A stretch of DNA of 63,770 bases, filler included, from Octopus bimaculoides (taxonomy: Eukaryota): assembly GCF_001194135.2 (NCBI RefSeq). It is 7 parts of 7 records of this genome, joined end to end, with 100 filler letters (N's around TTAATTAATTAA, not from the genome) between each part and the next. Parts side by side here need not be neighbours in the genome. Positions count along the whole stretch, not along the records: positions 34,303 to 40,620 come from NC_068996.1; positions 40,721 to 47,992 come from NC_068981.1; positions 48,093 to 51,145 come from NC_068983.1; 4 more parts are not named here. One strand, written 5' to 3'. The translations under genes were made by a program, and so were the position numbers. The notes beneath the pieces are model-generated. The model saw nothing but the letters and a program-made list of their open reading frames with translations, did no database searches and was not told where the DNA came from. How positions within the stretch are numbered: the stretch's first letter is position 1; every line of letters begins with the position of its first letter. Shown here piece by piece: positions 36,366 to 48,609 of this stretch.

Positions 36366-38230
36366 TACATTCTCGGTGCTTTCCCAAAACTGAACATGTA
36401 AAGATTCGTCTTTGATATGTTCAGCATTTTCTCTTTGAATTTCGTTTTTGCCTTTTCACCTTTTTCAGTTTTAACCATCTTTGATTTATTCACTGCTTTT
36501 AGTAATTTTTCTGTTGTTCTGCAAATAACCATATAAGCTAATCTTTTTTTATCTGTGCACTCACTTCCACGCGAATTAAGCTTCTATTACCATGCTCTCT
36601 CTTCATGTACAACCGAACTTCAATGACAATGTACTATGTGAAGACGAAAAAATATTAATAAAGATAGCGGGAATAGTAACAAGAACAACATGGTTACTGA
36701 TAATGTAATTATAAACAACTGCAGCACATACACATATATTTCTAGTAGAGGGCATTTTCTTTCTCGCCCCGTCTCAAAAGGAAAAGGAAGAAAATTCAAA
36801 TGCAATCGTTATTCTGCAAATGTTCAGCGGAATATTATAAAAAAACAGATGAAAACTGTACGACCACAGTTGTTTCAGCCGAGACAACCGGTTCGATTAC
36901 CGGTCAATTATGAACAGAGGTGTTATAGTAAAGCTGTTACAACAAGATATATGGGAATATGTGAGATTCAGCTGTGAGAAATATAATTGCATGGAATTGT
37001 TTAAGACGGCCAGAATGGAATCATATAAAAGTAGTCATACAAAATAGGTGCATAGTAACCTAAGGATGCATTAGCATAAACACTTACAGAGAAGGTAAGA
37101 CTTCCACTGGTAGAAAAATGCTGAAATTAAGGGGTTAAAAGACCCACATCGCTTTTGTCAACAATTTAGTATTGTAGGTGACAGATCACTAAAGAAACTG
37201 AAGCGAGGAGTTATTCCATCACTTCACTTAGAAGCTAAGATTTCACCATAATACTAAAGGAGAGACGTGTAGCAAAATGAAATGGTACACACGCCCTTAC
37301 ATGTATAGAAAATGGCATATATTAGCTGCTGTTTTGTCTGCTACAGTCGAGACAAGCTTTCTGGAAACACTTGCAAAGCAGAAGCAAAACTAGTCTTAGA
37401 TAGATATAATGGTCTAGGTCCAAATTAGTCTGGCAGGAATCAAAACTGCCCATCATCTAAACGATTTTCCAAATGGATCTATGTCATTCATTAAGATTTT
37501 AAAGTCAAAGAAGCAAAGCGCATGTGCCATATATATGGATCTCTAAACAATTTGAAGATTTCTGCTGCGAGCAAAAAGGTATCGATATCTCGAGCGCATT
37601 AGTATCGACCACGCTAACAAGACCAACAATAACAAATCATTAACCCCAGCAGCAACAGCAACACCACACCACTAGCAGCAGCAGACCAGTTGCCACCAAC
37701 AGCAGTAGTACTACAGCAAGGAGAAACATAAGAACAAAAATAGGAACCAAAACAACGAATCCAATAAAACTATTTTTCCACCATCACCACAGAGAAAAGA
37801 AATCGTGACTCATTTCAGTGATATCTATTGTGCATGTATTTCGCATGAGATTGACTGCAGTTTACCCAGCTATATGCATGCTCACAACTGACCAGTGTGA
37901 TTCAGAATAGAATCAGGAACTTTCTCTTTGAATTTCTCTTCACATTGAAAAGCATTGTCTTGTTAATCATGTCATTACACAGAAAGGGGAGAAAGATAGG
38001 GAGAGAGAGAGATAGGGGGAGACAGACAGACATACAGAGAAAGAAAGAGAGAATCGCCTTTTAGTTAGATAGAATCGAAATGATATTAAGGAAGAATAGG
38101 AAAATATTAGACTTATAAGCCCTAAAATTCACTCCATAATTGCCCACGGGCATTTGGTGTAGTGGTTTAGAGCACGTGTAGTGGTTAAGAGCGTGGGCTA
38201 CTAATTCCGAGTTCGATTCCAGGCAGTGAA

Positions 38231-38261
<31 letters not shown>

Positions 38262-38269
38262 CAAACATA

Positions 38270-38610
38270 CATACATACCGACAAGACTATAAAAGCTAAT
38301 AAACCGGATATTATTATAAAAGATAAGACAAAGAAGATGTGTTTATTAATTGATATGAGTTTTCCTTCCTACAGGAAGTGCAAAAAATCGTGTTAACTGG
38401 AACGACTCATGTACTGAGAAGATCATTATCGCTTTGAAAACAACATGAATTTATTTATTTATTAATTTTTTATAAATACATATTTTACCTGTGAATTTGC
38501 GTGTGTAAACTGGGAATGCATACAATGCGTTTATCTGCCCTAGGTGAACAGAAAAGACTCGGCGAGAAATGGAAGAAAATTTGAAGAAAGAAGAAAAAAA
38601 GACAAAGTAA
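38270..38610 (+). mobile_element. Internally deleted R4/Dong remnant
   Basis: TDKTIKANKPDIIIKDKTKKMCLLIDMSFP (RLE motif) at 38275-38370, then UTR-like sequence, with (AAT)n on both sides. Confidence 0.65.
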
Positions 38611-38618
38611 TAATAATG

Positions 38619-38649
<31 letters not shown>

Positions 38650-38675
38650 CAACAACAACAACAACAATAATAATA

Positions 38676-38708
<33 letters not shown>

Positions 38709-38764
38709 ACAACAACATTGGGAAATACCTTAGGCATGAGAACCCAGGTTCGAAATTCCCCCAG

Positions 38765-38810
38765 GACACCTGATGAAGGCTGGAGAGTACATCAATCGAA
38801 AAGTTGTGTT
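38765..38810 (+). ncRNA. Degenerate minimal type I hammerhead motif in the Penelope terminal repeat
   Basis: Stem I GACAC/GTGTT, CTGATGA at 38770-76, stem II GGCTG/CAATC (inferred ancestral CAGCC), GAAA at 38798-801, then AGTT (palindromic ACGTT expected). A more decayed copy lies at 14775-14812. Confidence 0.5.
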
Positions 38811-39372
38811 AACAACAAACAAGATGAGAACAAATATCCGTCAAATGTAAATAATGTGACTAATGGAAACTGATTTTGTCCTCATTTTTCTTTTTCAATA
38901 TAGCGTCCTTAATAGTCGTATTCAAGTATAAATTCTCCAATATTTGTATATAACTATTTCAATTTCATTGGGTATCCTCAGTACGAGACTATTGATGACT
39001 TCTTAATAATTGTATCTTAATTAATCTATATAATTTCGTTACGAAAATGGGAGACGAGAAGAAATTATTAATCAAGCAAAAGTTGGGAAGAAACAATTGA
39101 AAAAATTGGATACACAAAATATTTTGGGGTAGTATACAATAAAAAGATTGGCATACCACCAACGTTACTCAAAATTTCTTATCCGCAAACAATCTTATCA
39201 AATTCTTTGTGTACCTTGAACTGGCTGTGACCGTCGCCGAATATTGTTATTTCAAAGCTTCTTTGCGTTTTTTTTTCTCTCACTGCGCATCTGAAGATGA
39301 AGTTGCTTCTCTGCATCCATGAAACCGTAACAGAATGCTGAATTCTACTTGTGCATAAGTGTGCGTGACTCG

Positions 39373-39407
<35 letters not shown>

Positions 39408-40506
39408 TGTGTATGTGTGTGTGTGTGCGTGCGTGCATGCGTGTGTGTGTGTATGCGTGTACGTGTGTGCGTGTACCTGTGTCATTTCCTTCCTGAAAAT
39501 ATTATTAATATTCTTTTACTTTTTCTTATCCTCTTCTCTCGTTCTCTCTCTCACGCGCACACGTGCATGCACACATTCATTTTCATTCTTTATATATCAA
39601 TCTTACATTTCGTCTCGTACACCCCCCTCACTCTGCTTGATTCTTCCTCTCATGCTTCATATAAACATGTCTTTTTTTGTATCTTTGTTCACATTTATTT
39701 ATAAAATGTGGCCAACAGAAATTTAACGAGTTACATCACATCAAGTCTTCTTAAATTAACATAAGAAGAGTCTTATTAGAAGAAGTGACATGAAATGGAG
39801 ACTAGAAATAAATGAATAAATATATAATTAATTAATTAAATAAATAAATGAATAATTGAATGAATGAATGAATAAATATATAAATAATAAATAGATAAAT
39901 AAAACAAGTACACAAGAATCATTGACTTCAATTGTCAGTAAAAAGAAATAAGCCTGCCAATAGAACATAGCATTAATCGATGAACACAACCGCCAAAAGT
40001 GACGTACGCCTTTGGAACAAAGCTAGCCAAGATTGATCAGCAGGCAGTGCGCCAGAAGACAAGAGAAGGCGACAGAGAGAGAGAGAAAGTGGGTAAAGAG
40101 GTGAGGGAGAGTACAAAGAAAGGGAAAGATAAGCAACAATGTATAAAGGGAGAAAAAGAAGGAAGGTAGGGGCGTGAATAAAAGGGAGAAGACGCATAAG
40201 GTGAACGTGTCAGAAATGAAGCAAGACTGGATGAGAATCGAAGGAGTAAGAATCGAAAGAAAAATCGACAGAATAAAGAGGCAAAGACGAATAAGTGAGA
40301 GGGAGAGAGAGAGGAGGGGTAGAGAAATAGAGAGACAGACAAAGACAACTAGTTATGGGGAAAATTAGAGGATGATACAGATATATATAATCTATTGCTA
40401 TAGGTACAAACTGGTACATATACAAACGCACACACGCGCGAGCGAGCGCGCGTGTGTGTGTACATACAATATCATTCTGACTACCTTCCCAATTTGTTCG
40501 GAGAAT

Positions 40507-40590
<84 letters not shown>

Positions 40591-40720
40591 CTATCTCCCC
40601 TTTTTATCTCTCCCATTAAANNNNNNNNNNNNNNNNNNNNNNNNNNNNNNNNNNNNNNNNNNNNTTAATTAATTAANNNNNNNNNNNNNNNNNNNNNNNN
40701 NNNNNNNNNNNNNNNNNNNN

Positions 40721-40941
40721 AGCCAGTCCAGGGGCACTGGCAACGATCCCGCTCGAAACATTTCATGTGTCACCCGCACAAGAGTCAGTCCAGGGGCACC
40801 GGCAACGATCTCGCTCGAAAGATATCATGTGTCGCCCGCACATGAGCCAGTCCAGGGGCACTGGCAACGATCCCGCTTGAACGATTTCATGTGTCACCCG
40901 CACATAAGCCAGTCCAGGGGCACCGGCAACGATCTCGCTCG
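40721..40941. repeat. 62-bp tandem repeat with alternating A/B units, about 3.6 copies visible
   Basis: Units start at 40721, 40783, 40845 and 40907. Units 1 and 3 read cactggcaacgatcccg; units 2 and 4 read caccggcaacgatctcg. The array begins at a gap edge. Confidence 0.93.
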
Positions 40942-41225
40942 GTTTCCAAATAAAGTTATATTTCTTTATGATAAAACATGCTTACACAGAAGACTGGAAA
41001 TAAAAGACACCACTTGCATGACAGTGACACTCATTTAAAATCACATAATGTCAAGGCAAGGAGACAGTAACACACACACACACACATAGGGTGGGCCAAT
41101 AGTAATGCACAAAATAAGCTCAATGTGCTCCAGAATTGTCTAAAGCATGCTTCAATTTTTTTTTAATTGAATAAAATAAATAAAATAATGATGAATACAC
41201 GCATACTTGTATATGATGAACAAAA

Positions 41226-41265
<40 letters not shown>

Positions 41266-41670
41266 GTAATATAATAAAATGTCAAATGTTTTACTGCATG
41301 ACTTTTTGGCCTGTATGTATACATATTAACTGAAGTGTACAATACTATATATCCATTACAGCTGGTCTTACTAATCGGTTTTGCTCTAGGGGTTCAACAG
41401 AGTGTTTGGTATATATACACACACACACACACACACAATTGGCTTCTTTCAGTTTCTCTCTTCCAAATTCATTCACAAGACTTTGGTCAGACCAGGGCTA
41501 TAGTAGAAGACACTTTCCCAAGGTCCTACACAGTGGGATTGAAGCTAGAGCCATGTGGTTAGGAAAATTATTTCTTATCCTACAGCTACAGCTGTGCCTA
41601 ATCTGACAGTAAAGAGATAATCAAGAAATGATATGCTTTATACTTGATGGATGTGAACAGAATGAAATAT

Positions 41671-41754
41671 TTATAAAATATTTACTACTATCTGAGGAAG
41701 TTCTTCAAATTCAAAGTGTCCATCCCACATAGAAAGGAGTAAGCTGGCTGTGCC
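41671..41754 (-). CDS. Exon of the unnamed C2-like-domain gene (GTASLLLSMWDGHFEFEELPQIV[VNIL*])
   Basis: Strong acceptor ttgtcttatcttctccatgttacAG at 41756-41755, phase 0, matching the upstream exon. It ends either at a GTAAAT donor after 41686 or at TAA 41673-41671. Confidence 0.62.
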   Translation of the reverse strand, partial: GTASLLLSMWDGHFEFEELPQIVVNIL

Positions 41755-42689
41755 CTGTAACATGGAGAAGATAAGACAAGAGTCAACAAAATAGTCAGAA
41801 AGAATGATGTAGGACCAAACTTAGAACTTCAGCATTTCAGGTTCAAATCTGAAGCCTCTCAGTTTACAAAAGTAAATAGTTATTTCTTCAACTTGGAAAT
41901 CATGTCATAGGCTGTGATATAATTAATATCAGAAACAAAAGTGTCTCCCTTAGGTTAGTATTAATTTCATCAACTTGTATGGTGAGCACTAAACAACCTA
42001 ATAAGAAGGCCTATATGGTTCCTTGATCTGTTAAAAATAGCAGTCAAATCTCCTTCGGATCATTTTCTACCACCTTAAAAAAGGAAGGGTGTGTTGGATA
42101 AAATGTCAGTATGATGGCTGTCTGGTTAAGAACCTCCCTTTGTAACCATGTGGTTTTGGGTTCAATCTCACTGTGCTCCACTTTGGGTAAGTGTCTCCTG
42201 CTATAGACCCAGGCTGATCAATTCCTTGTGAGTGAATTTGGTAAGTGGAAACTGTACAAGCCCATCATGTATGTATGCATAGGTGTGTGTGTGTTTGTCC
42301 TCTTCCCTCACTCACAGCTTGACTACTGGTGTTGGTTAGTTTATGTCGCCACAACTCAACAGTTTGGTAAGGCAGTGCCCCAGCATGGTTACAGTCTAAT
42401 GACTGAAACAAGTCAAAAACAGGAGATAAAAGGTAATTAATCTCTAAATGCCATCACTCAGATGGAGTGGAAGAATCTTAAAAGTGTCAAACAAAATGAC
42501 TTGTGACATTTCATTTAAGGCCCTTTACATTCTAAATTCAAATGGTACTGAAATTAGCTTTGTATTTCACAGTTTATAAAATAAGTACCAGTCAAGTACT
42601 GAATCTAGTATAATCAACTGCCCTCTTCTACCAAATTGCTGATTTTCTACTTTTGTAAGAAATCAGTACTAGAACTAACAGAAAAAAGG

Positions 42690-43165
42690 ATTAACCCAGA
42701 TTGTTAAAGAAAGGGATGAGGCATCAGGTGTACTGTTGGTGAATTTCAGGAAGCATGGAAGTTTTGAGGGATGTAGTGTCTTGACAGCTAACAACTGATG
42801 TGGGGAGTTTAATCCATGCTTCAGCAATTCTGAGCATGAAAGACTGTTTCTGAAAGTCATGGATGCTATGTTGTTTTTTGATTTTGTAAGCATGTCCACA
42901 AGTATTAGACATATGGAATTCAAAAAGGTGCCCAAGGTTGTTGAAAAGATGGTGAATAATCTCGTTGGTGTCTACAACTCAGTTGCCAGATGTCGGAACT
43001 TTAATGTGTTCATGCCCACAGAAACAAGACGTTCAGAGTACGGTAGATGCCTGATAGCAGGTATTCATCTGGGTGTACATTTCTGAACAGTTTCCAGGAG
43101 ATTGATATGCCAAGCAGGATAGGGGTTCCAGACTGATGATTTCAATTGTCTTCAAGTTCATTCCA
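42690..43165 (-). mobile_element. CR1-group LINE 3' fragment
   Basis: VWNPY...INLLETVQK...LPYSERL and HAYKIKKQHS...RIAEAWIKLPTSVV. Confidence 0.8.
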
Positions 43166-43394
43166 TAGTAAAGTATTTTTAAAGTATAACACTCAAACTT
43201 GTTTCATTAGGTTAAAGGTTTTATCTCTGTCATCAATTTCATTCTATTGTTAAGGTTGTTGAAAGCATAACACTCTAATATGTATTGTGACAAGCAAAAC
43301 AATATTATATAGGGTGAAAGCAGAGGTGATTGTAATGTTAGGTAAGAAACTGTAGTAAAGATAATAAGGAAAAACAGAAAATAAAAACAAAAAA

Positions 43395-44140
43395 AATATG
43401 TGAGTAACAAAGAATATCACAGAAACATAAAGAGAAATAAGAAGTCAAAAGAGAGAGACTGCATTCCTGATCTTCATAGATTTAATTTATTATTTGGGTT
43501 TAACACTATCCACCTGTTCCTTTGGAAACCTTTAGCATTTTCAGTCTCTTATAAACATTCAAACCAGTTTTCAAGGTTAAAGATAAATCCATTCCAACTT
43601 TTCTGGAGATCCAGAAGAAGACCATGAGTGCTGCCACTTGTCTTATCATCATCATCATTTAACATCTGTTTTTCTTGCAGGCATGGGGTAGACAGTTTGA
43701 CAGGAACTGGCAAGGCCAGGGGCCTCGCCAGGTTCCTAAGTCTGTTTTGGTTTGATTTTTACAGCTGGATGCCTTTCCTAACTGCAACCACTTTACAGAA
43801 TATACTGGGTTTTTTTTACATGGCACCATCACCAGTGTTTTTTATGTGGCACCGCCACCACCAATGCTTGTTACATGGCACTACCACCAGTGCTTTTTAT
43901 GTGGCACTAGCACTAGTGCTTTTTCCATGGTACCAGAACCAGTGCTTTTCATGTGGCACCAGCACCCACACCAATGCTTTTTATGTAGCACCTTGGTTTT
44001 AGGATCTCAGTTCTGTTGTGGTGGGTGGGTCTTCTTCGGTACAGCGATGCCAAGCTATAAAAATAGTTTTTTTGTTTTTTTTCTATATATAACAAATCCT
44101 TTCTACTATAGTTACAAGGCCTGATATTTCGGAGAAGAGG
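43395..44140 (+). repeat. ~750-bp direct duplication, copy 1 (copy 2 at 45099-45864)
   Basis: Collinear from aatatgtgagtaacaaagaatatcacag to acaaggcctgatatt..ggag, about 90% identity by eye. It includes non-repeat sequence and an RTE-tail SINE. Confidence 0.92.
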
Positions 44141-44417
44141 ACTAGTCAATTACTTGACCCCAGTGTTTGACTGGTACTTATTTTATTGATTCTGAAAGGA
44201 TGAAAGGTAAATTTGGCCTTGGCAGAATTTTTTAAATAACAAATCAACAAGAAGAAACAGAGAGTCAAAAAGAAAAGAGGAAGCTTGTAAATAACAATGT
44301 GTAATAGGACAGTTATGGACATGCATGCATAAAAATAATAAGTAATTGTGGGAAAGATGTAACAACAGAGAAAGAAACAAAGAATAACTGTAAAGAATAA
44401 AATGTAGTAAAGATTAA

Positions 44418-44636
44418 CTCTTTAACATTTAAACTGACCATATCCAGCCCAAATATTCTTGTTTTATGCTCAAACCAGCCAGATCTGGTTTCTCACACCT
44501 ACATTATTATGTCATTCTTAAAAAAAAAACAATTACATCATCAAAATCTTGAGGTTATGAGATAATGCATGAATAATTTAAAACAACATGAATGAATGAT
44601 TATTACATTTGACAGAAAAATCTGAATGCTAGAGGG
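44418..44636. mobile_element. piggyBac-like MITE
   Basis: TTAA|CTCTTTAACATT...AATGCTAGAGGG|TTTA: degenerate CCCTTTAGCATT-type TIRs with a TTAA-like target. A similar end (atcaataggg|ttaa) is seen near 57600. Confidence 0.6.
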
Positions 44637-44676
44637 TTTAAAGTTACAAAAATGAGAATAATAAAAATTGATTTAC

Positions 44677-44806
44677 ATAGCAAGAGCCAGGATGAAGTGT
44701 ACTGAAGACAGATTGTGCTGACATATTTGAAAGTTGCAGGAGTACTTCCTCTGATGGCTGTCCAGATAATAAAGGGAGATAATGGTGGCCACTTCTCACA
44801 GATTTT
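44677..44806 (-). CDS. Exon of the unnamed C2-like-domain gene ((G)KSVRSGHHYLPLLSGQPSEEVLLQLSNMSAQSVFSTLHPGSCY)
   Basis: Acceptor ttttctgttgtatattttcAG at 44808-44807. Phase 2 start completes the Gly from the 47415 exon. Open frame, donor TAT|GTAAAT (the exact donor is less certain). Confidence 0.78.
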
Positions 44807-45098
44807 CTGAAAATATACAACAGAAAATCAGTCTCTCTCAATACTTCTTTGCTATATAGTCAACCCAAACTCTAACATCTTAAAAAAGTACATATTGAAA
44901 TAATGTAGTCTTGGGTACACTGTGCCTAAGTAAAGGCAGATTGGTTACAGAGGTGTTTGCTCAGACAGGGATATTAGGCGTTAAACAAAAAGAACAACAA
45001 AAACATACTCTCTTGCAGAAAGCATGAAACTATACCAAAATATATTCTCCACCTACGTTTCTGTGAACCTACTCTTTTAACCAAGTCACCAAAAAAAT

Positions 45099-45864
45099 AA
45101 TATGTGAGTAACAAAGAATATCACAGAGACATAAAGAGAAATAAGGAGTCAAGAGAGAGAGACTGCACTCCTGATTTTCATAAATTTAATTTATAACCTG
45201 GGTTTAACACTATCACTTGCTCCTTTGGAAACCTTTAGCATATTCAGTCTCTTATAAACATTCAAGCCAGTTTTCAAGGTTAAAGATAAATCCATTCCAA
45301 CTTTTCTGGAGATCCAGAAGAAGACCATGGGAGCTGCCACTTGTCTTATCATCATCATCATTTAACATCTGTTTTCCTTGCAGGCATGGGGTAGACAATT
45401 TGACAGGAACTGGCAAGGCCAGGAGCCTCGCCAGGTTCCAAAGTCTGTTTTGGCTTGATTTTTACAGTTGGATGCCCTTCCTAACTACAACCACTTTACA
45501 GAATGTACTGGGGCTTTTTACATGACACCATCACCAGTGTTTTTTTATGTTGCACCACCACCATTGTTTTTATGTGACACCATCACCAATGCTTTTTATA
45601 TGGCACCACCACCAGTGCTTTTTATGTGGCACCAGCACTAGTGCTTTTTCCATGGTACCAGAACCAGTGCTCTTCATGTGGCACCAACACCTACACCAAT
45701 GCTTTTTATGTAGCACCTTGGTTTTTGGATCTCAATTCTGTTGTGATGGGTGGGTCTTCTTTGGTACAGCAATGCCAAGCTATGAAAATAGTTTTTTTTT
45801 TTCATTTTTATATATAACAAATCCTTTCTACTATAGTCACAAGGCCTGATATTGTGGAGGAGGG
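45099..45864 (+). repeat. ~750-bp direct duplication, copy 2
   Basis: See 43395-44140; this copy ends inside a truncated CORE-type SINE. Confidence 0.92.
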
Positions 45865-46083
45865 ATTCACTTTCAACCCAATCATCAAATCATACGCTCA
45901 CCATACTCTCTAGCAACATAATGTAAAAATAGTACTCTCTAACCAAATGAGAAAAGCAGTTCTACTCTCAATCCAAGTTCAAAGCTGCACAAGATTCAAC
46001 AAGACTCATAGCTTAAAGGTGTTATAAATCTACACTTAGATCATGGATGAAATGGAACCAATGAAGGACACTATTTACAATAA

Positions 46084-46170
<87 letters not shown>

Positions 46171-47414
46171 GGTAAGTGAATGGACCTCATTCAGTTTCTA
46201 TGGTGAATATTCAGTTGTTCAATTAACTGAACTACTTGTTCATTGAATTAGCATGCCAGTGACTGAATATTTCACAGATACTTTTACTCTTAACATAATA
46301 CTCATATAGAATCAATGTCACATAACAAGAGACAAAGCTGGACTTTTAAATTACAGACTAGTACAATGCATCATACAATTTTCTGCACAGTTTCCACCCA
46401 CCCAATTTGACTTATTAGGCTTGAATCAAATTTGAAACTATGGAAAATTACTCTTCCCCAAAATGTCATGCAGTGGAATCAGACCTAAAACTTCATGAAT
46501 TTCTTACAGATTTAACCATGCTCTACACACACTCAGAAGATACTTGAACAGTTGCTGGCCTTCTATGAATACCAAACACAATTTACAGTATAGTACTGCA
46601 CTTTTAAATGGGACATTGCTATTGATACACACAAATATATTCTGTTGAATTGAAGAAGAAAAGCTATCTAATTTTTGTTTTTTAGCTAACAATATACTCA
46701 CCACGCTGCTGTCACCACTAGGCTATATTATCTTTGTGTCAATGGTTTCTATTCCTCTGAAATAGTAAGCCGCATCCCACGTTCTCTTCCCATCCAATCG
46801 TTCCTATCTCAACCCCATAATCAGGGTCACTAAGTCCTACCTTCCCAGAGCAGGATCTTTCTGAAAAACCTACCTAGTCAACACTTTTCTAACAGACATA
46901 GACAGTAGTAGATCAAGTTAAACAGCAAGTGTATTGACCCCACTAGTACAGAAGAAAGCCCATAAAAGTATCACTAGCTGAGGAAAGTCTACAAAGATCT
47001 TACTCTTCTTGCTGAGACTATGTGATACTTGCTTAAGTTTTTCACTTCCTTTGGAACATAGGCCATTGGCAACTTTTCTCTAGTTTTCAACTCTGGGCCT
47101 TCTTCCACTTCTTCCACATTCTGTTGGTGTTGAATTGTTATCAATGTTCTGTAACCTTGCTTGTTTTCTAGGTAAGGGTGTTAGTTCTATGCAAACCCAT
47201 TTTTACCTCTTGGGAGAGATGGTCCATATTAGTCTGGTATCTGTTCTTTGACCTGTCCAGCATGGGAGGCCTTAACATGAGCTTATGCACCTCTGGCATA
47301 GCTCTCAGGGCTACTGTGGCACACAAGCCCCCACACAGCATTAAAGACTGGACTTTGCAATGGGACTATGCGATGATAATAACAAAAGGAGAAAAAATTG
47401 AAGTAATGACTCAC

Positions 47415-47590
47415 CCTTCAAAGATATTTATTGCTGTCCAGCAGACAAACTTGGCAGGACCAAGCTGAATTTCTTCTTCTGAGTCTTCTGGACTCAAGGG
47501 TTTGGATTGTTGAAAGTTTGGTGAAAGAATCTTTAATCCTAAGATTTGTATTAACAGACAAGTTTTATCATCAAATAAAGGATGAATTAA
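47415..47590 (-). CDS. Exon of the unnamed C2-like-domain gene (LIHPLFDDKTCLLIQILGLKILSPNFQQSKPLSPEDSEEEIQLGPAKFVCWTAINIFE-G)
   Basis: Acceptor gtatattttttattacAG at 47592-47591, donor AGG|GTGAGT, 176 nt, phase 0 to 2. Stop-free and non-repetitive. Confidence 0.82.
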
Positions 47591-48092
47591 CTGTAATAAA
47601 AAATATACATATATATATATCAACATCTAACTGGGTCAATGAGAACAGATTTTAAAAAAACAACAAAAATCAGGTACAGATTAAATTACACAGAATATGC
47701 TCCTGATCAGTCAGAAAAATGATTTCATCACTCCACCTAAAATCTCTGATGGCTAGGAATTACTTTTAAATAAACCTGAAATAAACTCTGACAATATCAT
47801 ACTAGTCCCTACAAAACTTCTGGCCATGTTGAATACAGCTGAACTTCAAAGTGGACACAATATGCAGTAGTTAAAAATTTCTGGCTGATAAAATTTTATT
47901 TGTGTTTATATGTGTATAGATAAATACTCAGCCACATTGTATATTATATATATATATGATGATGATGATTTTATATATATATATATATATATNNNNNNNN
48001 NNNNNNNNNNNNNNNNNNNNNNNNNNNNNNNNNNNNTTAATTAATTAANNNNNNNNNNNNNNNNNNNNNNNNNNNNNNNNNNNNNNNNNNNN

Positions 48093-48560
48093 TGTTTTCC
48101 TCTCTATTTTACATAGTTCGTTTAGGGTCCAGTTAAGGATGTTGTAGCTGTAGTTTATAACTGGGACAGCTAAAGTGTTGATACCCATTATCTTGTTTTT
48201 AGCATTGAGCTCTGTTTTTAGTATTGATCTAACTCGTCTATAGTACTCTTTCTTTATTTTTTCTTTCATTTGTGTATGTTGTATCCTATCTAGTTCATTG
48301 ACTCCTAAATACTTGTATGGTTGGCTTTCGTCTAGTTCTCTTATTTCATTGGCTTTATCTAGTATTATATTGCTGCTTTCAACTAATTTTCCTCTTTTCA
48401 GTGTTGCTTTGGCACATTTTTCCAATCCGAATTTCATATCTATTTCCTTGTTAAAGCCGTGTACTGTCTGTAGTAGTATTTCTAGCTCTTTGTCGTTTTT
48501 AGCATATAATTTTATAGTAGTGTTTCTAGCTCTTTCTCGTTTTTAGCATATAATTTAGCA

Positions 48561-48609
<49 letters not shown>

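Larger units (their letters stand above)
38075..38870 (+). mobile_element. Solo Penelope-like terminal repeat, split by a Dong-derived insertion in its (AAT)n spacer
   Basis: 38075-38260 matches 14590-14745 (ttataagc...aattcactccataattgcccacg...gagttcgattcc...gtga.ctgaataat). 38735-38865 matches 14747-14845 (atgagaacccaggtt...gtcaaatgtaaataatgt). Confidence 0.85.

Noticed and set aside
37100-37250. THAP-like tail (HRFCQQF...KKLKRGVIPSLHL)
   Set aside because: The N-terminal Cys, Pro and Trp ligands and the conserved His are not recoverable, so the similarity is too weak.
40721-40941. CRISPR-like array (also considered for 27779-27865)
   Set aside because: The units are contiguous tandem repeats without unique spacers, there are no cas genes, and the context is eukaryotic.
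47820-47885. Minus-strand frame QKFLTTAYCVHFEVQLYSTWPE as the exon preceding 47590
   Set aside because: There is only a weak phase-0 donor (GAA|GTTTTG) and a poor polypyrimidine tract, so it is left unassigned.
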